Positions 35,815 through 46,445 of a stretch of 64,000 nucleotides of DNA are shown one piece after another. The stretch is from a virus, in IMG/VR virus record IMGVR_UViG_3300020045_004509, positions 1 through 64,000 of that record; one strand, 5' to 3'. The stretch's first letter is position 1. Each line of letters begins with the position of its first letter. A model generated the notes under the pieces. The model did no database searches, had not been told where the DNA came from, and saw only the letters and a program-made list of their open reading frames with translations. Made by a program: the position numbers and the translations under genes.

Positions 35815-37872
35815 TTACACAACTGTTATTTTAACAAACGCAGTCCAAGCCGACCCATTCCAATACCGTTCCCATATTTGATTAGTTTGTACTGGTCTAT
35901 ACAATTGATATGCTTGACTATCACCAGATACTGCCCTATATGTCGTAAATTTGCCTGCGATACCTCCTGGAAAAGACGCAGCATCAGCACCACCAATTTG
36001 AAAGTGGGTTTCTACTCCTGATGCAAAGTTGGACAATGGATACGAAAAACTTGCTGCTGGAGCATAATAAATTACACTTGATGGTATTGGATACCAATCA
36101 AACGGAGCGGTTCCGTTAAGATTGATATATTCAGAAACTGCGTTATATGGTGAGTTGTAGGATTTAAATCTAAATCCTACCTTCCAATTTCCAGTTGTTG
36201 GAATTGACCCAAAATCTCTTGTTGGTGTAGTTTGTTGAACCCATTTACTACCATCATATAAACAAACACCACAATTATAATCAGTCATTAATGCCCCAGT
36301 AGATGGAGTGCTAATATCTGATAATCCACACACAATAACTGAAGAAAACGGAACAAGTATGCCTCCAGCTACGGTAACATTAGCTTTTGTTACGCCAGTT
36401 GTTTCCCTTCCTATATTCCAATTTGATCCATACAGATTAACAGTACCAGTACCCGATCCCCCAGATTGTTCTCGTATAACAATTGTCTTTAGTGTAGAAG
36501 TAGGAAACAAGGTAGAGTAATTAGACGCATTATTAATTGTCAATTCTCGAATTCCATCATTTTTAACTTTTACCAACGTATGGGCTACATCACTTGTTCT
36601 TTTATCAACAATAGTAATACTATTGATTTTTAAAGTGTTTATTGTAGATTTACTAACAACAATAGACGCACTATTAGCTCCAACATAGGTATCATCATAC
36701 TCAACATATCCATTAGACAAATTAAGATTATCAACATTCACATTATAAATATAAACTGGGGTTCTATTACCACCCCCAACAGTTCTCATCGCCTTACCCC
36801 CAAAATTTGATACGTTTATACAACCCGCAATTCCTGTTGTGAGAGGGTCATATGATCCAACTTGAATAATAGCTTCAGCAAAATCGCCATATACACCATC
36901 AATGTTTATCTTGTCAGCTTTATATCCTGATAATGTATAAACCACAGCACCCCGCCACGTATTTTGCCCATCTTTTGTTTGACCTCTAATATTTTTTATA
37001 GACACGTTTTCGATATTTTGGGCAACTGTGCCAACTCCGGCCCATTCTACACCACACAATAAAGCAACCATATCATCGTTAGTGTACCCACTGATGTTTT
37101 CAATAAGTCCATTGCTAGATGATCCTGTTACTCCATCTCGACGTTTACCGCCTGTAGGCGTAATTGCATCAATTGTCTGGTCAAATTTAATATCATGGAA
37201 GTGAAAATTATTACAATTCCAGTGATTTATACCATGGCCTCGCACTGTCTTAATTGTGAGATTACCAACTTCCATTCCATTTACATTCACTAAATAGAAT
37301 GCCTTACTTATATCAAATGCGGCACCATCAGCTACTTGATCTCCTTGATTCACATCGTTTCCGTTAACAATACCACCAATCCATTTGATATTAGTCAATC
37401 CTGTTGTCACTGTACGAATCATGAAGCATCTAGCCATATCTTTCAAATAGATTTCTGCATTATCATCACATAAAACAGTTAACCCAGAAGTCAAATATAT
37501 AGGAAAACCAATAGTATATCTGGCAGGGCCAACAAGACGAATAGTTTTATTACCAGAAGAAAAAGCTGTATTCAGTACAGAAGATAAATCTTGGGTAGTA
37601 GATAGACTTTTTGCTGCAGTAATTTGACCAGATGTCATATAATTAAATATACTATCGTATTCATCTAATTTATCTTGCACATCAGTAGCAACAGCCCCAA
37701 CCCCTCCATGCATATACCCCACCATTCCAGCCCCAGAACTACTACCTAATTCTGAAGCTCCAATCAAATTAGTTGTATTTGCAGGAAGGGTTAAAGTAAC
37801 ATCAGAAGCAGTATTAGTTGCTGCAAGGGCTACTGAACCACCAAGGGGTGTTTTTAGTTTTAGTTTAGACAT
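35815..37872 (-). CDS. Tailspike / GH28-like beta-helix protein
   Basis: Fibre-type N-terminus, GGIVNGN, RRDG...SGYTNDDMVAL acidic motif, C-terminal WNGSAWTAF. Confidence 0.85.
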   Translation of the reverse strand: MSKLKLKTPLGGSVALAATNTASDVTLTLPANTTNLIGASELGSSSGAGMVGYMHGGVGAVATDVQDKLDEYDSIFNYMTSGQITAAKSLSTTQDLSSVLNTAFSSGNKTIRLVGPARYTIGFPIYLTSGLTVLCDDNAEIYLKDMARCFMIRTVTTGLTNIKWIGGIVNGNDVNQGDQVADGAAFDISKAFYLVNVNGMEVGNLTIKTVRGHGINHWNCNNFHFHDIKFDQTIDAITPTGGKRRDGVTGSSSNGLIENISGYTNDDMVALLCGVEWAGVGTVAQNIENVSIKNIRGQTKDGQNTWRGAVVYTLSGYKADKINIDGVYGDFAEAIIQVGSYDPLTTGIAGCINVSNFGGKAMRTVGGGNRTPVYIYNVNVDNLNLSNGYVEYDDTYVGANSASIVVSKSTINTLKINSITIVDKRTSDVAHTLVKVKNDGIRELTINNASNYSTLFPTSTLKTIVIREQSGGSGTGTVNLYGSNWNIGRETTGVTKANVTVAGGILVPFSSVIVCGLSDISTPSTGALMTDYNCGVCLYDGSKWVQQTTPTRDFGSIPTTGNWKVGFRFKSYNSPYNAVSEYINLNGTAPFDWYPIPSSVIYYAPAASFSYPLSNFASGVETHFQIGGADAASFPGGIAGKFTTYRAVSGDSQAYQLYRPVQTNQIWERYWNGSAWTAFVKITVV

Positions 37873-37891
37873 AAGATTATATTTTATTTGA

Positions 37892-40360
37892 TTACAAGTT
37901 ACCTTCTGATACCCAGTCAGTATTTAAAACATTTCCTGATCCAGTAGTAATTCGTACCCATGATTTAGGTTGTCCTACCGCTGGAGCGGAATTGAATACT
38001 CGATCACCTATGACCCATGTGCCTGTAGTTGGAATGCTTGCCTTGGAAATATCACCATTTTCATTGATCGTTGTTGCACCTTTCCACGTTTGGTTAGCCC
38101 CAGAAACAATTGTGTTACCTATAGGTGTACCAAAATAGGTGCTTGAAGCATCGTTTGGCTTTACCCCACAAATGTTCCCAAACTGCTTGACTTTATTTCC
38201 TGTGCCGTTTGCGTTAATTGATATCGCTGGATTTGATCCAGATGTAAATATGTTGTTAGCTACAAGCATTGGCGTGCTTGCAGCCCAACCACCAGAGCCA
38301 GTACGATTCAAAACCTGCAAACTATCGGTTGTATTCTCTGTGAATTTTGAGCGTATAAAAGTTAAGTCTGTAGTTGCTTCATTCAGATAAATCGTACCTA
38401 CTTTATTCTGCGTGACTAATAAGTCTGTGAACGTACATGATGTAGCACTACTACCAAGAATCAAATCACTACCATTTAGGTAATTACCTTTAATATCAGT
38501 TTGGGTAAATGTGCCCCTACCAATGTTCATCCCCCGAGTGCTACTTGTATAAGTGATATTCCCATTAAGTTTTAGGTTATTGAATGTTGCATTGAGGATT
38601 TGAAATGCATACCCAGATGCAGCTGAGTGTGATGTTAAATCAAGTGTATTATCTGATATATCTACATTAGCATAATTTGCAGATGTGGTTACACTCATAA
38701 GCACAGCATCTGTAGTAGTTGCAGATACTGAAGTAAATTTATTACGTTTAACTGAGATATTAGAAATAGTGTTTGCACTTGACGCAATACTAAAACTAAA
38801 TAATCCATTCGCATTTAAGACGATGTTATCTGAAACGTTCATTTTTTCAACACTTACACCTGTTCCCGATACTACAGTCAATACATCTTGATTATAAGTA
38901 GTGTTTCCAGAAATATCCATATTTGAAATGATAGTATCAGCAAGTCCAAAGTTAACGACTCGCCCTGTATAAATAGTGTTGTCTTTGATGGTTACATCTG
39001 AAAAAGATGCAATACCACTCGTACTATAGTTACCAACAATACAAGATGACGCACCAAATTGATACACCTTATTTCCAATAAATTTCAAATAAGCAAATGG
39101 AAGCTCTTGTCCAGTCACTATAGTGTTTGCTGCTCCAGCTTGTACAATTAAGTTGTTCTTGATAAGCGCCGCACCATTTCTTATACCAAAAGCATTGGCA
39201 TAGCATGTGATACTGTTTGTTTCAATGATAATGCTACCACTTACATTTGAGTGGGCATCCACAGAACTTGAATACTGATGTGTAACATGATTCGCGTAAT
39301 CTTCAACAATTGAATTTCCCCTAACAATAGGGTTTGTGATGACAAACTCACGTTTGGGGGCAGTAATAGCATGTTTACAGCGAGTGATGATGTTATTTTC
39401 TACGACACAATCGTTTGCTCCTATAGCCACACCATACCCAATTCGAGATGGAGACCCAGGAAGGATGTACTGTGTATTTAAGAAATAGTCAATATTGTTT
39501 GACCGAACATACGCACCAGTACCTTGAACGGAAAACGCTATGTGAGCATACTGGTTTCCTTTAGCAGAACATTTTTCAATAACAGTATTTATCCCCGTTA
39601 CACGTAAACCTTCAGTATACTCAACAAGTGTTGATGGAGCTAGGCTTAAATCAAAATTCACCCCAGTAACCGTAGCCCCTTCTGGTACACGATAAACCTC
39701 AATTGATGTGATGCTAAAAGAGCCATAAAAAGCACTTGAAATATATGCCACATCAGCAGTAATTTCAACTACCTTAGCCCACATACCATGATAATAGTCT
39801 GATGAACCATTTTCAACCCGAACATCGGTGCTCAACATGCATATCAAATCACCAGCTACCAAAGTCACACCAGAAGGAATTGTGAATTTGTTTGAGCTTG
39901 TTACTGCGCTAGCTGGAGTAAATGCCGAAAATGTAGCGTATAAGTCACCCAACGAAAGACCAAACCCATAAGTAGATAATGCAGCCTGTGTGAATTTAAC
40001 CGTTGACCCATGACCGTCAAGCTTTCCTATATTTCCTAAAGACACTTTGGTATTCAGTAAATATGTTTTGTTTGGCTCAAGGTGCAAAGTTCCTCCAAAT
40101 GGAACTGCTGCTTTTGCTAACAAAAATGCAGGGGAATCGTTGGTGATTCCATCACCAACCGCTCCAAATTGTTTTACATTTACTTCTAAAGTATTTCCAC
40201 CTGCATTATAGAACCGACCGATCTCAGTCTGTGTACCCCCAGTAGTTCCTTTCACAAAAACAATATCTCCAGTAACTGGATCATTCTTTAGAACAATGTT
40301 CTTTGACGCAGTAAGTTGATCACCAAGTTGTATCTGTCCATCAGTATCTTTGATTGCCAT
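37892..40360 (-). CDS. Tailspike / beta-helix protein, paralog of 4750-7173
   Basis: VNVKQFGAVGDGITNDS; C-terminal ~41 aa identical to the 4750 protein. Confidence 0.88.
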   Translation of the reverse strand: MAIKDTDGQIQLGDQLTASKNIVLKNDPVTGDIVFVKGTTGGTQTEIGRFYNAGGNTLEVNVKQFGAVGDGITNDSPAFLLAKAAVPFGGTLHLEPNKTYLLNTKVSLGNIGKLDGHGSTVKFTQAALSTYGFGLSLGDLYATFSAFTPASAVTSSNKFTIPSGVTLVAGDLICMLSTDVRVENGSSDYYHGMWAKVVEITADVAYISSAFYGSFSITSIEVYRVPEGATVTGVNFDLSLAPSTLVEYTEGLRVTGINTVIEKCSAKGNQYAHIAFSVQGTGAYVRSNNIDYFLNTQYILPGSPSRIGYGVAIGANDCVVENNIITRCKHAITAPKREFVITNPIVRGNSIVEDYANHVTHQYSSSVDAHSNVSGSIIIETNSITCYANAFGIRNGAALIKNNLIVQAGAANTIVTGQELPFAYLKFIGNKVYQFGASSCIVGNYSTSGIASFSDVTIKDNTIYTGRVVNFGLADTIISNMDISGNTTYNQDVLTVVSGTGVSVEKMNVSDNIVLNANGLFSFSIASSANTISNISVKRNKFTSVSATTTDAVLMSVTTSANYANVDISDNTLDLTSHSAASGYAFQILNATFNNLKLNGNITYTSSTRGMNIGRGTFTQTDIKGNYLNGSDLILGSSATSCTFTDLLVTQNKVGTIYLNEATTDLTFIRSKFTENTTDSLQVLNRTGSGGWAASTPMLVANNIFTSGSNPAISINANGTGNKVKQFGNICGVKPNDASSTYFGTPIGNTIVSGANQTWKGATTINENGDISKASIPTTGTWVIGDRVFNSAPAVGQPKSWVRITTGSGNVLNTDWVSEGNL

Positions 40361-40379
40361 AAATTATCCTTTATTATAT

Positions 40380-40817
40380 TTAACTGATGATCCAAGTGCT
40401 TCCAGAACTAACCGTTATTTCTACCCCATCTGCAATAGTAATCGGCCCCGCTGAAATCATGTTATACCCTGCTGGAACCACATGATTTTCATCAATCACA
40501 ATCTTATTAGCAAATCCAATTGGACTAATATTTGGATCAACAAAATCAACAACGGGCATTGCATCTGTTATAATTACTTCTACTTTGTAATTAAGGGGAA
40601 TCAATTGAACAAATGTAATCAATGAACCAGCAACAGAATATTCATCCTTGTTCTGATAAACACCTTGAATGTACACATCAACATAAGTCTTTGATAGAGG
40701 TGTTTTGATTAGACCATAAGAATATTCTGTTCCAGAAGCAATGAACTGCTGAACAGTTACACCCTTGGCATTAGGGTTAAGATTTAGTCCTGAGACTGGT
40801 TTACCGATGTATGACAT
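40380..40817 (-). CDS. Virion fibre-associated protein
   Basis: MSYIGKP start; VYIQGVYQ; NMISAGPITIADGVEITVSSGSTW. Confidence 0.7.
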   Translation of the reverse strand: MSYIGKPVSGLNLNPNAKGVTVQQFIASGTEYSYGLIKTPLSKTYVDVYIQGVYQNKDEYSVAGSLITFVQLIPLNYKVEVIITDAMPVVDFVDPNISPIGFANKIVIDENHVVPAGYNMISAGPITIADGVEITVSSGSTWIIS

Positions 40818-40871
40818 AGTTTAAAATTGGTTAATTATCTTATTTAACGATCCTGAAATTTTTACGCTCAT

Positions 40872-40934
40872 CTTGAAATTCCTTGTTCTATCGTTTATTT
40901 AGTGTGTTATAATTATTTAATACAAGGAAATATC
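40872..40934. promoter_or_regulatory. Back-to-back late/early promoter cassette, copy 3
   Basis: aaattccttgttctatc..TATTTAG (40896-40902)..tgtgttataattatttaatacaaggaa. Confidence 0.65.
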
Positions 40935-42189
40935 ATGAACGACAAAGATGACTCCATTCTTGCTCCATTTGGGCGAATGTTTGATGAACCCCATGGGAAA
41001 TATGTTATGATGGTTATTGTAATTTTGTTTGTAACCCTTCAATTTTTAGGAGATTAAAATGCATCCATTTTTGTTCAAATTCATTAACATGCCAGTTCAA
41101 GCAGTCCCAATCACAATTCCATTGTCTAACTGGTTGATTCCTGCTAACGATGAAAAAATGTTTATACCTCAGAAGAAATAAGTGTTATAATTACTTATCT
41201 TAACAAGTCATATAAAGGAACCAAAATGAAAAACTTTAAATTAGATGATCGGGTTGAATTTCACTCAACTACTTCCATTGACCTTGACGGAAAACAAGGA
41301 ACTATTCTTGGTTTCTATGCTGATCATACAACAAACAAATTTTGGATTGTTCTTCTTGACAACCCTTTACCAGATTGGAGAGCAATTGTTATGACTGATT
41401 CATGTTTGAAGAAAGTTGAATAATGAAACATCTTTTAAACAAAGGAACCAAAAATGAAACTTACCAAACAAGAATTTGAATCAATGATGGTCGAATTCAT
41501 TGATGAACAAAATAGCAATGATTCAGAAGAATACTATGGTTCTGATAGGTCAGCTGCGAGAATTGTTATAGAAAGAATGATTAACTATTTCTACGAAGAA
41601 GAAATTGCCAAGGAAGCCCGATACAAACAATATCTTGAACTCAAGAAAGAATTCGAATGAAAAATCTGTATTATCTGATCATCAATGTCAAAGAAGTGAT
41701 CAAGAAAACTGAAACTACCCCAGAAATTATCCGGTATGTTGACAAGAAGTTTGGTATAATTGGAACTTCTCATGATCATGCAACAGAACTTGGCTCCAAA
41801 CTTGGAACATTTGTTTCTATTAGTCAAGAATTTTACCCTCTTTCAAAGGATTGGCAGTGAAAATCGTATCGGAATCAAAAATTCGTCAACTTGCAGTCAA
41901 ACAAGTTAATCTACCATCAGTGTATGTATCTAATGGGCTTACAATGGAGCCAGAAGATGATGCAATCTGGGAACATATTTTAACAAAAGTTGAAGAACTT
42001 ATTGGAACTAAGTCTAATGAATACTTTGAATGTGCTCATGCATTGGTAGATTCAGGTTTGTTCTTCTTTGAAACCATGTTCCAAGCCCGACAATTTTATA
42101 AAATCTTTAATGATGTTCCTGTTTATTCATCGGGTTGTTATGCAGAACTGAACGACGAAAATGGAAATTGTCTGGATGAAAATACATGA
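40935..42189 (+). other. Small hypothetical ORFs 40935, 41059, 41226, 41454, 41657, ~41857
   Basis: SDs and promoter units. Confidence 0.6.
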
Positions 42190-42698
42190 AACCCAAAGAA
42201 CAAAATTTTATGATGGAAGTCGCTAAACTTGCTGCTTCCCAATCAAAAGGTATCCGTCTAAAAGTCGGAGGTGTTGTATGTTCAGCATCTGGAGATATCA
42301 TTGCAACAGCTTATAACGGAATGATTCGTGATGCATTTGATGATTCTCTTGAAGAAAAATTCTTTCCATTTGATGATGCCCGAAATGGATTAGTAGTCAA
42401 TGATCAAATTTATCCATACTTTGATAAACTCATTGGGAAACCATATCGGTTGGTTACTAAACTTGATGTTGTACATTGTGAACAGAATCTAATTGCTCAT
42501 GCAGCCCGAAGGGGTATTTCTGTTAATCAAGGATCAGTTTTCCTAACCCATTCCCCATGTATTCACTGTACGTCAATGCTCATTCAATCTGGAATTTCTG
42601 ATGTTTATTTTTTGGAAAAATATCGAACATTTGATGAAGTTGTGTTAAAATACTCTTCATACATTAATATTAACCAATGGAACGATAATGAACACTGA
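42186..42698 (+). CDS. cd: dCMP deaminase
   Basis: KVGGVV, YNG, HCEQN, THSPCIHC Zn-binding motifs. Confidence 0.9.
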   Translation: MKPKEQNFMMEVAKLAASQSKGIRLKVGGVVCSASGDIIATAYNGMIRDAFDDSLEEKFFPFDDARNGLVVNDQIYPYFDKLIGKPYRLVTKLDVVHCEQNLIAHAARRGISVNQGSVFLTHSPCIHCTSMLIQSGISDVYFLEKYRTFDEVVLKYSSYININQWNDNEH

Positions 42699-44209
42699 AA
42701 CATACTGTAAAGACTTATTCAAAAATCTTGGAAACGGGGAATTTTTAACGTCATTATCAGATGATGAATTTCAATTATGGTATGATGAATTTGTTGATTC
42801 ATATTTTGAAATGAACTTGAATCATCCTGATCTAGTAGCAGTTCGCAATGAAATTTGGAAAGAAAGTATGAAATTATTCCCGATCATTGAACAACGATTG
42901 GATAAAATTTGTCAAGATCGGATTGCTCAACTAGAATCTGATAGTTTGAATATTGAAGTTGATGGGATCAAATATAGGGCGATTGCAAACTGTGATGTTC
43001 TTTGGTTAGGATGGGAGTGTGATCCTACTGCTTGGGTTGTTGAAAAGGATGGAATTAACCAACTTGTTTCTACTGATCATGGAACCCATCATTTTTACCC
43101 AAAAGAATTCCTTGAAGATCGAATTGCCCACTATAAACAAGTTATAATTGAATCAGAAAAACTTCTTGCTCTATTGGACTAAAGTATGCTTTATGATCTT
43201 AAACTAAATTTCAGAGTACAATATACAAACTCAGATGATTCTGGTTGGGTTGAGATTGACCATGATTTCGATTCTATTGAATATGCAAAGACTGAAATCA
43301 AGAATCTTCGATTGACCAACTATGAAAATATTGTAGTTGATTACAGGATTGTCTTGGTTCAAGAACTTACAACTGTTGTTTATGAGGAAAACTAATGGTA
43401 TCTCTGATCGTTGGAATCTTTATTGGTGTATGTATCGGGATCATTGGTACATCAATCGTTCTTCATAAAACTGGAATTTGTAGATGGTAATGCTTATAAC
43501 AAAAGATGGTCTGGTAGATAATGAGGTATTGATTCATTCTGAACGACCACATTTCAAATTCAGGACTATTTCTGATACTGAAAAGGCCGAATTCAAAGCC
43601 CGTTGGTTTTGGGGGGATGAAGATTGGATTCGGACGAAGAAGGAACTTGATTCTTGTATGTCATTCAGAAAGTCTATCAAAGGTAAACCAACTGATGAAC
43701 AGATGATTGATATCGAAATTAACAAAGAAATGATTGACTTTTGGAAAAGTCGTTGTTTCATCTACTAAGGCTGCTATGGTAACATGGTATAATGATCAAT
43801 CAGCTAAAATTGCGTTTGATAGTTTGAAGAATAGCATTCAACCATTAGTAAATGAAAACTTTCCCGATCATGATCTAAGTCATGTTGGATTCAATCGAAG
43901 CTTTGATACAGATGAAATCATAATCAAACTTCACATCAAACCGAAACTAAATATAAATTACGAAAATAATTTAAGGAACTTATTAAAATGAAAATGCGCG
44001 AAACAAATTCCGGCAAACTAAAACTTACCATGTCCAAAGATGAATCAGAAGTTATCTTTGGGATTATGAACCATGTTCGACTTGGTTCTGGTCAAAATAC
44101 AGATGTAGTTTTGGAACTGCTTAATTTGCTCCAAAACTATCTTCCAGAACCAGATATTGATATTACTTGTGATTTTATCAAAGGGGAAGGTTGGACTATC
44201 AATGTGTAA
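42688..44209 (+). other. Hypothetical ORFs 42688, 43186, 43484, ~43776, 43988
   Basis: ORF track. Confidence 0.6.
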
Positions 44210-44738
44210 ATTTCATGATTATTCTCTAATTCGAATGTTTCAGAAAGATGCAAGTCAAATCATTGATCATATCAAAGTTCTTCCAAAGAATGATCAATAT
44301 CTACGGTTTGGGTATTCTATCAAAGAAGAACAGATTGAATTCTATGTAGACAATAGCTTAGAAGATACAGTTCTTCAGAAAAATTTCTGGTGGGGTATCT
44401 ATGATGAAGAAAAACTTGTTGCTACTATTCATGTCGCTATTTCTGATGATGTTGCTGAATTTGCATTTACTACTGATGTAAATTATCGGGGTCAGAAACT
44501 TGGTCAGCTTTTGTTTGCGCGTGGTTTCCAATGTGTATGTGAGCGACAAATCACTAGGATATACATGGCATGTCTCTCAGAAAATATTGCAATCCGTAAA
44601 ATCGCATCAAAGTTTGGACTTTCTGTTATGACATACGGCCCAGATGCAGAAGCAAGTGTAACTATTCAATATCCAGTTCCTTTGTCTAGACTAAATGAAG
44701 TAAAAATGTGCATTATCGATAAGTCCATTGGTAAATGA
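44202..44738 (+). CDS. GNAT family acetyltransferase
   Basis: AEFAF..YRGQKLGQLL acetyl-CoA motif, ENIAIRKIASKFG. Confidence 0.85.
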   Translation: MCKFHDYSLIRMFQKDASQIIDHIKVLPKNDQYLRFGYSIKEEQIEFYVDNSLEDTVLQKNFWWGIYDEEKLVATIHVAISDDVAEFAFTTDVNYRGQKLGQLLFARGFQCVCERQITRIYMACLSENIAIRKIASKFGLSVMTYGPDAEASVTIQYPVPLSRLNEVKMCIIDKSIGK

Positions 44739-44771
44739 TGGTATAATTAACCATTCAATCAAAGGAACAAG

Positions 44772-45383
44772 ATGACATATTCTGAACTTGCAAAATCATT
44801 CAAGAACAAATTTTCCGAATATGGAATTGTGGAATGTAATGCAGCAATCAAAGACATTGACGAAACGTTGAAGATCAACGCATACAAGGATATGTCTGAC
44901 CCTTATATCATAAAATTGTTCTGTGAACGGGATGCAGCATTGGATCGAAAGATGGTATTACAAAAACACTACCACAAGGCATCCAGAACGCACCACAATC
45001 GCTCCCAGTCAATCTAAATAAAGATTTGATGCCAGCATAGCCTGACGCATTTAAAACGATTTAAACTCATTTAAAGACCCATGAAACCAATTTTAATGAT
45101 CGATGGTTATCGACTAAATCTTACTTGTCATGCTTGTCCCGAACAGTATGATGTACTTGACCCTAATGATACTACAGTAGCTTATATGCGGTTACGTCAT
45201 GGTAAGTTTACGGTAGAATGTCCAGATGTTGGGGGAACATTAGTCTATTCTGCTTCCCCAAAAGGTGATGGTTTATTCTATGATGATGAACGAATTCATT
45301 TTCTTCGGCATGGTATGGAAAAAGTAACTGAATGGATTGCAAATGAACAATTTAAGGATGTAAAAGATGAGTATGAAATTTAA
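44772..45383 (+). other. Hypothetical ORFs 44772-45017 and 45081-45383
   Basis: ORF track; CxACPEQYD motif in the second. Confidence 0.65.
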
Positions 45384-45774
45384 ATCTATCATTGCGACTT
45401 CATTGATTGCATTTTCATGTTCTTCTTTTGCTGAAGAATATATTTTTGTATCAGAAGCAGAAGATGGAACCAAACTTATTCTTGATGCTGAATCAGTCAT
45501 TGTCAAGAAGAATGATGCAGATAAGGTTACATATGTTGCCGGAATGTTTCTTTATCCTCTTCCAAAAGTTGAAACTGTTCCATTTGTAATTACTGTTCCT
45601 GTAAAGGATTGTGATAAAGGTATTGGGGCATTGTACCATCTGGAAAAGTCCGAAAAGACATGGAAACTTATTGAAAAGCAGAATTGGTCAGCAAAAGGAA
45701 CCACTATGTATGACCACGCGGCGATTGTTCTATGTGCAATTCGTCAAGAAAAGATCAAGGGAATTTCAATCTAA
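45373..45774 (+). CDS. Secreted/periplasmic protein with signal peptide
   Basis: MKFKSIIATSLIAFSCSSFA-EE signal peptide; Cys pair in the mature part. Confidence 0.75.
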   Translation: MKFKSIIATSLIAFSCSSFAEEYIFVSEAEDGTKLILDAESVIVKKNDADKVTYVAGMFLYPLPKVETVPFVITVPVKDCDKGIGALYHLEKSEKTWKLIEKQNWSAKGTTMYDHAAIVLCAIRQEKIKGISI

Positions 45775-45778
45775 GAAA

Positions 45779-45871
45779 ATCGTCTTAGTTCAATGGTAGA
45801 ACCCTCCAATATAGAAGAAAAAGGCGTCCCTTCTCGGAGAAAATAAAAGTTCGATTCTTTTAGACGACCCA
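45779..45871 (+). ncRNA. tRNA-like RNA / pseudo-tRNA with 28-nt expanded anticodon region
   Basis: Acceptor TCGTCT/AGACGA, D arm GTTC-AATGGTA-GAAC, T arm AAAAG-TTCGATT-CTTTT, ends CCA; no 7-nt anticodon loop. Confidence 0.75.
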
Positions 45872-45911
45872 AATTGTGATATAATTCTTTCATTAACAAA
45901 CAAGGACTCAA

Positions 45912-46445
45912 ATGAAAAAAACATTCAACAACATCGAATACGAAACCGTTTCTGACCCAGATACAGAATATGGGTGCTCAAAATGTGAATTTCGGTATCG
46001 TGCTGATAGCTGCAATAAAATTAATCAAGGAGATGATAATTGTAATATATTCAAATTCTATTGGAAAAAGATTGTAGAACCAAAGATCATTAAGATTTCA
46101 TCTGGAACGTATCGTACAGTCGATACCGGGTGCTGTTCAAACTGTGCATTCCATAATATAGAGTGTTCAGAAATCAATAATGCTCATCATTGCTCAGAAA
46201 ATGATTGTTCTTTTGAAAAGATTGAAGAAGATACTTCTGAAGTAAAATATTGGGCTGATGGTTCAAATTACTATCAAGGAATCGTTCGGGATATCGGTAA
46301 ACTGTTTGGTATTGATGCCTATACATCAGATGATGGTTCCATCCAAGATACTGTTTTGGCAGCAAAAGTTTATGAATTGGTCACTGGATTGGTTCATGAA
46401 AATGCAAAATTGAAGTCAAAAGTTGCATCCCTTGAACTTGAATAA
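45912..46445 (+). CDS. Cys-rich protein with two CxxCxF repeats and C-terminal coiled coil
   Basis: GCSKCEF / CCSNCAF repeats. Confidence 0.7.
   Translation: MKKTFNNIEYETVSDPDTEYGCSKCEFRYRADSCNKINQGDDNCNIFKFYWKKIVEPKIIKISSGTYRTVDTGCCSNCAFHNIECSEINNAHHCSENDCSFEKIEEDTSEVKYWADGSNYYQGIVRDIGKLFGIDAYTSDDGSIQDTVLAAKVYELVTGLVHENAKLKSKVASLELE

Larger units (their letters stand above)
163..45914 (+). repeat. Dispersed family of ~34 promoter/RBS units, consensus TGTTATAATAACTTATCTTAAAC(AAC)AAAGGA-N5-8-ATG
   Basis: Copies, some degenerate, precede ATGs at 203, 2011, 2792, 7246, 7945, 8192, 8399, 8991, 10937, 16671, 17700, 18670, 19523, 20660, 22052, 23307, 23598, 24996, 25235, 25641, 26086, 26504, 28684, 31622, 31836, 32269, 32682, 34091, 34390, 40935, 41226, 44772, 45912, plus 62631 on the - strand. 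Confidence 0.9.

Noticed and set aside
4745-38008. Tailspike 3' repeat as a diversity-generating retroelement TR/VR pair
   Set aside because: Both copies are coding, the differences are synonymous rather than diversifying, and no reverse transcriptase is present in the window.
163-45914. Repeated ~40-bp unit as a CRISPR array or integron attC sites
   Set aside because: Spacing is gene-sized and irregular, the unit is not palindromic, it contains -10 and SD elements, and no cas or integrase gene is in the window.
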